Positions 55,145 to 64,000 of a stretch of 64,000 bases of DNA are shown here, piece after piece. Each line of letters begins with the position of its first letter. The stretch's first letter is position 1. This DNA is from Paraspadella gotoi (Eukaryota > Animalia > Chaetognatha): contig JBJCIZ010000239.1 of the NCBI GenBank assembly GCA_051294375.1, positions 5,785,074-5,849,073 of the forward strand, given 5' to 3'. The position numbers and the translations under genes are program-made. The notes under the pieces are model-generated. The model did not search any database, was not told the origin of the DNA, and saw nothing but the letters and a program-made list of their open reading frames with translations.

Positions 55145-56835
55145 TAGATAGATAGATAGATAACCAAACCCCGGCCACCATCCACCCCAACCATCCCCCC
55201 CTTTCCCCCAGCTCACGGATTGATGCAGATGCAGAAAAGTTCCCGAGTAAGTGTAGATCTGCAGGACGTTGATATCTGGATCTGAGGTTGTGCAGGACGC
55301 ATGCGCGGTTTGAGGATCGAGAGATTGGACATGTCCTTCTTCCTTCCTCGAACTTTGGGGCGGGTTGCATTCCAGCAGCTCCGACGAGGAGATGGTCAGG
55401 GTTTTCTGAATGAAGAGGTAATTCAAATTTCTTATTTTAATACTATCATACATACGAAATGAATAAAGGATAAATTGTTAAAGAAAGAAAGTCAGAAGAC
55501 TTCCTAACGTTTATATTAAAAAATACGGATAATCTAAAATAGTAAAAAGGTATTTTGAAATTTGCGATGGTATATACTCAATTGAGTTTATTACAAATTG
55601 CGATGTTCATTGTAGTCGGCAAAAACCTTTGCGACTTTAACAATCCCCATTCACATTCGATATGTACATTAGGGTGGAGTGATGAAAAATTTGAGCGATG
55701 AGACATGTATCTTTGCCTGGCCTTTGTATATATGTAATAAAAAATAATTAAGCCATTTTTCAAAAAAAAATTGCATAACAGCTATCATTAATTGAATTTT
55801 CTTTATAGTAATATCCTTATAAATTTATAAATCATATTTTTTTAATTTTAAGAACAGTTTTGGATTCGCTAAAAAAACTGAAAAACTTTTTGTAAAATAT
55901 GTTACATGATATTTTTAGGTTAAAGCTGAAAAAAATAACCAAACGTTTAATCATATAATAGATTCTACTATAAGTATAAGCGTTGGAAAAAGTAGAGAAC
56001 TTGACCTTTCCGTCGATTTCACAGTGACTTTGGTCTCCCTCCGTCTTCGTGATTTTGCATTTGGCAAAAACTTTTTTCCGGGTCAGGAATCCAACCGCTC
56101 AGTCTGGAAGGAAAAGGGTAAGTTTAAAGGGTAAGTTTAAGGGCAAATGACAAAAGGATAGGTATTGCAGGAGAAAGAAAAAACCAAAAGCGTGACTTGA
56201 TAAAATGTAGCCAATCATAAGGTTTTAGTGTCTTTTATAATCGGTTTTCAATCCAAAAAAAAGGGAAATACTATGGAAAGTTAGAAGTTAAAATCTTGGA
56301 GGAAGAAAAATCTAATTTGCATATTGCAGAATTTAGATTTAATAGAAAGCATTGTAACATCAAAAGGGTTCGCGGAAATCATTAAAGTTCGAGGATATTA
56401 TCAATTAACTACATTTGATAAAAATGTCTCAAAATACGTTGATCTACATAACTAAAAATTATCTTATAAATAATCATTAAATCATAAAAACAAATTTAGA
56501 ACCATAGCAACTATTTCAAAAAACGATTTCTTCCCAATCCTGTGACATGCGAGCGATGTTTACGACCGGTCCTCACGGACATCCAAATTTATGAAAAGCT
56601 TTCCTCCGGGAGAGCAGAGTGTAAAAGTTGTAATGAATATAACAAGCTTGGCAATTGCATTAACTTAACCGACGACGAATAAAGCAACTTGTTTAAGCAA
56701 ACTTTTTTTAATTTCTAAATGCCTTCAACCGACCTTTGAGTCAAATGGAGCGGATCGCTCCACTCCCAACTGATCGAGGGCAACTGGAGCCAAATCCAAT
56801 CGGCGATGGCGCGGGGAAAGACGTTCCTGTGCCAT
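45313..56835 (-). other. Second, frameshift-riddled copy of the myosin motor-domain gene (probable redundant haplotype or raw-read copy)
   Basis: Collinear with 26455-43093 including introns. It supplies exons that are gapped in copy 1 (P-loop GESGAGKT at ~53990-53905, LFDWIVGLVNASLDT at ~48757-48621). Indels are dense and spread over exons and introns alike. Confidence 0.85.
51782..52039 (+). mobile_element. Solo LTR, same insertion as 37993-38247 in the duplicated copy
   Basis: Same termini and caac TSD. Confidence 0.6.
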
Positions 56836-57382
56836 GGCGGCTGCGTGCGGCGGCTTGAGGCGGCTGAGGTGCGGCGGACGGGTTGGCGACCGTCGAAGAT
56901 GAAGTTGGGGCCGTTTACTCTCTAGAATTAGAACCAAGTAAATATATATATGTACATATAAATTTAAAGAGATTCTGATTTGAATTAAATTCAATAATAA
57001 TTAATGAATATTTCGTAACAAAATGATAATTCGTATTTTCTTTTTTCTTTAGCAGCGTTGTTTTAAATAAATAATTTGCCTATAATCAAAAGAAATAACT
57101 CCAATGTCTGAAATGAATTTTATAGAAAAACCTTAATTTTAGAGACGAAAAAAAAAGACTTCATCACCTGGTGAAGAAGTGACGAGTGAATCTCACGGAT
57201 TCGGTTTCCTGTCGTCAAAATCGAAGACGTGGAGGAGGAGGAAGAGGAGGAGGAAGAGGAGGAGGAGACGGAGAACGAGGAAGCGAAAGAGAAGAAATAT
57301 TATTTGTTATTTTCTTAAAAATTTGATTTCGATTTGTTTTTGAAATCGAAATGAAATTCGTTCAGATGAAAAACGACAGAGA

Positions 57383-57462
<80 letters not shown>

Positions 57463-58503
57463 AGACGACGACGACGCCGAAAACTTATTCAAATACTATG
57501 ACGACGATGACCGTGATAATTACGGCGAATTACTTTTAAAATAAAGGCGAATCAATGACGTTTACCGCTGATAAAAATCATAAAATAATACATTCTTTTT
57601 AGCGATCAAAACTTATTTAATCTTTTTTTTTCAAAACCGGGCCAACTGCCTGCCAGAATTGAACTAATTATCTGCCGAATTGCAAGTCAACTTATAGCTA
57701 TAATAATAATAATTAATTATCCTTTTTTTACAAAATTACCCCATTTTATCTTAAATTCATACTTAAATTTTATGATTAAAGATTTTAGCTAAAGGTTATA
57801 CATTAGTGTTAAGGTTAGAATTTTTTTTAAGAATTAATGTTCGGGATTAAGTTTATTTTAGGGATAAGAATAAATAATACTTATTATGTATTAAGTAAGG
57901 GATTAGAGTTTAGAATTAGGTTAGTAATTATGGTTAGAGATAGGGTTATAAGATCTGTAACAGCTTATGGGTTAAATATTAAAGTTAAAAATTAATTCAA
58001 AAATCGTAATAAAATCTTTCGTTTTTTCGTTAAATTTAGAAATCATAAAAAAAAGGGCGCTTTCAGAGAAGAGAGCCGAATTAAGTTTTGTTGAACCTCA
58101 TATTTTGAATTCAATCGATTTGGTTCTGTCGGTTGCTTTCTTCCAATGTGGGCGGAATGTTTTTAGAAAAACACGAAAAACGATTTACGATCATTTTACT
58201 CAAAAAAGAGAGGCTGTTTTTTTAATGTATTATTATTAGTACGAAGAAGTGGAGACTGTTTCGCTTTGGTTTCGTCTTTGTTTTGCCTCTCTCTCCCTTC
58301 GTTTCCTCTCTCCCAGAAAAAAATTATACGAGGAGATGACGAAGCGAATGAAAAAATATCCAGCGAAAATTAAAGATTAAGATTAAAAATTAAAATTAAA
58401 GATCGTTCGTGGGTGGGAGTGGAAGAAACAGTGGCAAAAAGTAGCCCTAGCCGAGCAAATTTGAATGCTAATGTATACAGCATTAAAATATCTATCATGA
58501 GCA

Positions 58504-59114
58504 TTAAGGCGGGCCAAAATTGAACACTTTTTATAACTTTTAATCTCTCAAAAAATTCCTTTTTTCCTTCTATTACTAAATCGATTTTTAATGCAACTTT
58601 TGAATTAGTCTTTTGGGTTGTTGCAGTGAAGCTTTTAAATATTTATTTAATATATTAACAAATGACAAAAATTTTTTTTCAAAAAATTAGTTTTTAAGAA
58701 CGGATTCCTATAGAGCTTGAAAAGTTAAATGAAAGTTAGCTCTACAATTTTTAAAAATTTTGACAAGAAATTGCGTTTTAAAAACAGAAAAAACTTATTA
58801 AAAATCATCATCATCATCAATCATTGGCTGAATTTTATTAGTTTTTAAAATTTTTATCAATAAAACAAAAAAATTTTAAAAAATTTGTATTAATAACCTT
58901 TATCTAACTTTTAAAGCTCTATCAGAATCCATTAAAAAAAATTAAAAAATTCAAAAAAAAATTTTACTTTATATAGTAATAAAATTCTTTAAATGCTTCC
59001 GTGCGCTTATTAATAAGATAATTTTTTAAAATTATTTTTATTTTCATATTCTCTAACAGTCACTTATCATTATTTATTGAGAGAACTTCTAGTTTTCAAC
59101 CTGTTCCGGCCTAA
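58504..59114. mobile_element. Foldback MITE-like element
   Basis: Imperfect TIRs (ttaaggcgggccaaaattgaa vs reverse complement ttaggccggaacaggttgaa). Inner arms 58702-58738 and 58894-58930 are near reverse complements. AT-rich, non-coding. Confidence 0.6.
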
Positions 59115-60176
59115 TATACCGCCACAACAGCATTAAAATAATCTATCATGAGCATCGATTATGAAATTGGTACAACCAATATAAAAATTATCCATACATT
59201 TAATAAATAAGCTATCTTGCCCCTGACCTAGTATTAATTTATTTTTCAAAAATGCTTTCTTCTGAGGGTACTAGCCTCTTCTTACGTTTTCTCAGAAAAA
59301 AATATAAAAAAACTGATATAATTATCGAAAGATGATGATTATTTATTTTACAGTTTTTCTTATTTTTGATACACTTATCAAAACATTTAAAAAATAATTA
59401 TACTTTGTGCGGACAAATTTTCATGAGCTATCTGGATCTGGTCCCCCCAAAAAAAATTTTAGCCTTTCCTTTCTCTATAAAAAAAATTAATTACGAGGGT
59501 ATAGAGCCATATAAGAAATATTTTGTCCATTGAAAGTATACAGCAAAAATGTATAAATTTTCGTCTGAGCCTGAACTCACTCTCAACTTTTGACTCACCC
59601 CATTGAGTGGGGCTACTCCTAGCAAAAGTCACAATGTGGGTTGTTGTGATTGGAGAATCATCTTGTATGATATACATATACAACTAAAGAACAATTAAAG
59701 AACAAGAACGGTCATTCCTATCCCGAGTTGCTCCGTGTATGTTCCACACGAGCTAAAACGGCATTTCATTTATTCGATTATACGATTTTTTTAATAACAA
59801 AAGGTAGCGCTATAGCACTAGTTGTCACTAAGATTTGACTGAGCAAAAATAACAAAAGACCAACCAAATTTAGGCCGATTTAAATTTTGAATCATGAGAT
59901 TGCTTTTTAAGGTGATCACGTGATTTCACCATTATACCAAATATGAACTTAATTGGTAAAGTATTATCCCATCTATGAGCATTTTCAACATAAGTGAGAG
60001 AGACCAATGGACAGACAAACATACCGACCGACAAACGAACAGACATATATATATATATGGAATCGGAACCAGAATGGAATCGGATCCTCGACTCGGATAA
60101 AAAATCTACTTACTTAAATGAAAAAATGCATTTTCGATAAACAGGATACATTCGAAATCCTTCTGATAAAAACTTT

Positions 60177-60264
<88 letters not shown>

Positions 60265-60742
60265 CTCTCTCTTAGAAACCGCTTCGGCTTTAGCTGATGG
60301 ACACTTTGGAGTCTTCGATTCTTCCATTTGCCACTTGCCACTCGGAATCCATTTACTGGCAAAATCCAAACTCCATTAGAATGAAACCTCGAAATGAAAC
60401 CGAAATGAAACCGAATCCGGGAAACACCTCCGCAAGAATGGAATCGGCCTCTGATTGGTTGCCTCGACCAATCGGAGACCAATCTGATTGGATCTCTTCA
60501 TTCCTCCTCTTCCTTTTCTTCCTCCAATTCTCTCGATCTTTCGAGTCGCCCTTTACACAGTTGGAAAGAAACTTTCATTGCAACCTTCTTGGATTTCTCA
60601 AGCGAAAGTTTTCGATGTGGACGCTGAAGCAAAAAGAAAGTTATATTTTTTGTTTTCTAGTTGATTATTAAGGTGGGTAAATAAAAGTTTTGGGTCTCAT
60701 GGTCATTTTGGTCATAGCCATGAAGATGGAAAAGTGAAATTC

Positions 60743-60975
60743 TGGTGCAATAAGACTTCGCGGCAAGCGAACCACGTCGCCTAACCTACAACTTTATTCG
60801 TTTAATTCCAGTTGTTCATCACTGCATTACATTCAATCCACAGTCCTAATGACATCTTGACGAGTGGGCACAGCGTGACGGAACTCGAAAAACCGCGCCG
60901 CTGTCAGGCGGCGTCTCTGAGGGTCTGAAGCCCCTAACGCCAACAGGTATCACAGGCAACCCGGAGGTAGCTATA
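60743..60975 (-). mobile_element. Diverged relative of the solo-LTR family
   Basis: The minus strand shares ccgggttgcctgtg, ctgttggc, gaccct, gacgcc, ggcgcggtt and taggactgtggat with 37993-38247. It has AATAAA, ends in CA, and is flanked by attc/atac. Confidence 0.5.
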
Positions 60976-61107
60976 ATACTACTTACTACGTAGTACTACC
61001 GAAGAGCAGCCCATTGTAAAGTTTATGAAATAAAAATGATGAATTTATTTAATTCAGAAAATTGGAAATTTAAAAGAAAAAAATGTTGATTCTACAACGA
61101 GCGGAAC

Positions 61108-61225
61108 TTGGAAGCGATGCTTGGAATCGTCGATGTCTTCACCGACATGAAGACGATCAATGATCATTTGACGTCCGACGATCACGAGGTGGTGACTTCC
61201 CACCAAGGCCTCTACAAGCAAGTGA
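61108..61225 (+). CDS. Possible N-terminal exon of the XK-related gene
   Basis: MLGIVDVFTDMKTINDHL resembles the XK first-helix DVxTD motif. Exon boundaries are not resolved. Confidence 0.35.
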
Positions 61226-61396
61226 TATTCTACTCCAACGCCTCATCACTGATGACACTGATGACACTGATGACATCAGTGACGATTTGATTTATCAGAA
61301 TCGATGACGGATTGTTTGAATGAAACTGAGAGGGACGTAGAGAAATATATAGGGACGAAGAGAAATTGAAAGATTGAGTGAACAATTTAAATTTTT

Positions 61397-61427
<31 letters not shown>

Positions 61428-61517
61428 TCTCACCTCACTCGCCCAGTATAGATAGCAGCGCCACCAGAAAAAAAAACCCCAAAAAATACAATAATGAATA
61501 ATTACTTTTCTATCCAG

Positions 61518-63696
61518 GAAGGACAATAGTACAATCGCGCCCGGCTGGAAAGCCCGTCCAGTAAAAAAATACTTCGGTTGTGCTTTTTTGTTCGTATTCA
61601 TTTTTCACAACATTGTATCCATGGTTTACGGGCTGATCATTATCCAAAATTACAAAATTCATTTCACCAATTTATGGTCAACTTATTGGCGAAAGACTTT
61701 GACCGTGATATGCCTGGCGTGGGGAATCGGAACCGTTCCGCTCTCGATAGATTTACACTTTTTCGAATTGACCCCAGAAAACGAAGATGTTTTTGCGTTC
61801 AAAGACAATTTTCTTTTTACTATGAACCTGATGCACGTCATTTTAGAATCTTATTTTCAAATGCTTCTTCAAACGGCCGTTTATTTTTACTCGATGACGC
61901 ACGGAAATGACGAACAGTGCGTACCTAATCAAGTACTGCGAGTTGGACGGGGAAAATATTTAAACACCATCGAAGGCTTTATTTTTAAACGAAATAGAGA
62001 GGGATTGGTTAAGTCGAAAAGGCCCTGTTTCTGCGACAGGATCAATTATACCGGAATGACTAAAAACTATATTTGTCGTTGGCCCGTTTCTAAGACGTTT
62101 ATTCTACTTTCTGCTTGCGTTTCTACCGTATCCGTGGGAATGGCGGCGGCTAAAATCAGAGCGAGAGGGCGATAGGGAATTCCTGTCCTGGTCAGTTACA
62201 TTCTGGACACAATTCAATGTACTGCCGGCCTTTCTCTAGGTTTGTACTTTGTTTATTACGCCGGGAATACAATATCTTATCATTTTTTTTTCGTTGCGCC
62301 GTTATTAATTTTTCGAGTTTTTACCCTCACGGACTTGAAGATACTTAAAATATTTCTGAGGCCACTCTCGTATTTTCAAAAAAAGCCAAATGAAATGAAA
62401 AAGACTAAGGATTGGGTGCAAAGATTCTTCTCGTGTTTGATAAATACTTTTGTTATAGCCACGAGTTTGATGTATGAAAATCATAAGAATTTGATACAAA
62501 TACAATCATATTGGGTTAGTACTTCATTCGGTTTAAGCATTCCAGGTATTGCCACAGTTTCGAAATTAGTCTTAGTTGGGGAAACTTTTGAAAAAGGAGT
62601 CGTACTTAGTATTTTTAATCGTAAATATTATAATTATAACAAGTGGGAAAAATTTATTGAAATTTACTATAAGAACCTTCCATTAGATGTAAAACCTTTA
62701 GGAAAGTTTTACCAGCCAATTTTTTACACTCTGCTTCTCGGCAATTCTAAAATGTTTTACCTTCAGAAAAAAATCATACTTTTATTTTTATTTATTGAAA
62801 TTGGAATTGGTTTAATCAGTACGATTTTCTCGTTGGTTACTACAAAAGGGGGATTGTCTTACAGCATTTTCATATTAGAATCCATTATTCCTTTTTGGAT
62901 AGTTATAGGATTGAATTTGATCCAAGTGCAACTCGTCTTAACGTCAAATTTTTTCCCGCTTTTCTTATCATTTATAGCGCTGATCCTACAACAAAAAATC
63001 ATTTCCAAAATAAACAGAAAGTATGGAATCTTTATCGCTGCGCTGTTTTCACTTTCGGCTCTCGTTTTACCGGTAAAATCGTTTGCCGCCATCCGTGGTC
63101 GAGCCGTGCAGAAAGAATTGAACCAACTCATTGCCGGCGTTTGCGGTTTGAATGACAATCATAACAAACCGGTCAATCCCGCACGGGACGTAAGGAACAA
63201 GGTTGCCAGTTACTACGTGTTAAACGAAAATTTCTTTTTCTTATTTTGCCTTTCATTTTTCCCTATTTTGAATCCACTCATGGCGATTAAAGTCACTGGA
63301 GAGCGAGAGACGATTCGAAAAATAACGTGGATCTTTGGTTCAGTATTATTCTTTTCGATTCTTTCCTTCATCTTGTCTCGATACGGGGATCAAATAAAAG
63401 AAGACGGTCCGAAAATGTCTTGGAAAAAAGATATAATTAACACGGGATCGGCACACAAACAGAGCCTGCTGTATAAATTCGGCAGAATCTATTTTTGCTG
63501 TAGCGAACTCGTTAGAGATCGCTTTAAATATAAAATGCGAATTTGTCGAAAGTATCTTAACTACAACCTCGGATCCGTTTCACAAACAATGGCTAAATTT
63601 ACCAAATTGATCGATCAAAGAGTAACTGACTTCAGTAACTTACCCTGTTTGGTATGTTTGATCATTCCAACTGCGGTTTTACTTTTGCACGTTTAA
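61518..63696 (+). CDS. XK-related (Xkr scramblase-like) multipass membrane protein with one in-frame TAG at 62173-62175
   Basis: Acceptor tatccag at 61517. ORFs 61588-62175 and 62242-63696 are in the same frame and separated only by TAG. ILESYFQMLLQ matches XK LESxPQLxLQ; many hydrophobic segments. Confidence 0.6.
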
Positions 63697-64000
63697 TGTT
63701 TTTACAGCGATGAAAAGAACACAAAAAGCTAGAAAAGTATAATAAATCTTTAAATTAGGTACAGAAATTAAATTTCAGTCTAATTTTGGGTTTCCATATT
63801 TATTTATATATTTCTAATCGCTGTCAGTAATTGATTTTGTGTAGTTATATCTATAAAAGATCTCCTGCTAAAAATATTTTAGTGAGGTAATTGTAACTTT
63901 GTAACCCGATTCTGTCTTGGTTTTTATAAGTGTTTCTGTTACTATTTTACCTAGTTTCTGTCTTACATTTTACAGCGACACACACAAAAAAAAAACCCAA

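Overview
Fragment of a draft animal (invertebrate-like) nuclear genome: AT-rich introns, GC-rich exons, GT-AG splice sites, many microsatellites, many N gaps, and several stretches of indel-rich sequence that look like raw long-read gap fill. Genes I can support from translated motifs and splice phases, left to right: (1) a fukutin/LicD-family phosphotransferase gene (minus, 34-2787); (2) a 4-exon gene (minus, 7980-11458, 763 aa) fusing a putative permuted papain-fold (PPPDE/LRAT-like, His/Glu/Cys) domain to a degenerate NACHT NTPase with no LRRs, the most novel item here; (3) convergent tRNA-Gly(GCC) and tRNA-Trp(CCA); (4) ARNT/tango (plus, 13004-22592), with three middle exons in an inverted block; (5) the motor domain of a striated-type myosin II heavy chain (minus, ~25905-43093), repeated as a noisy second copy (45313-56835) and as inverted fragments (30168-36247); (6) an XK-family-like multipass membrane ORF (plus, ~61108-63696) broken by one in-frame TAG. 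Mobile DNA: a ~255-bp solo-LTR family with 4-bp TSDs and an apparent filled/empty site pair, a foldback MITE, and a DINE-1/HINE-like element. Most large duplications and inversions are probably assembly or haplotype artefacts. All family calls are by-eye motif recognition; no searches were run.
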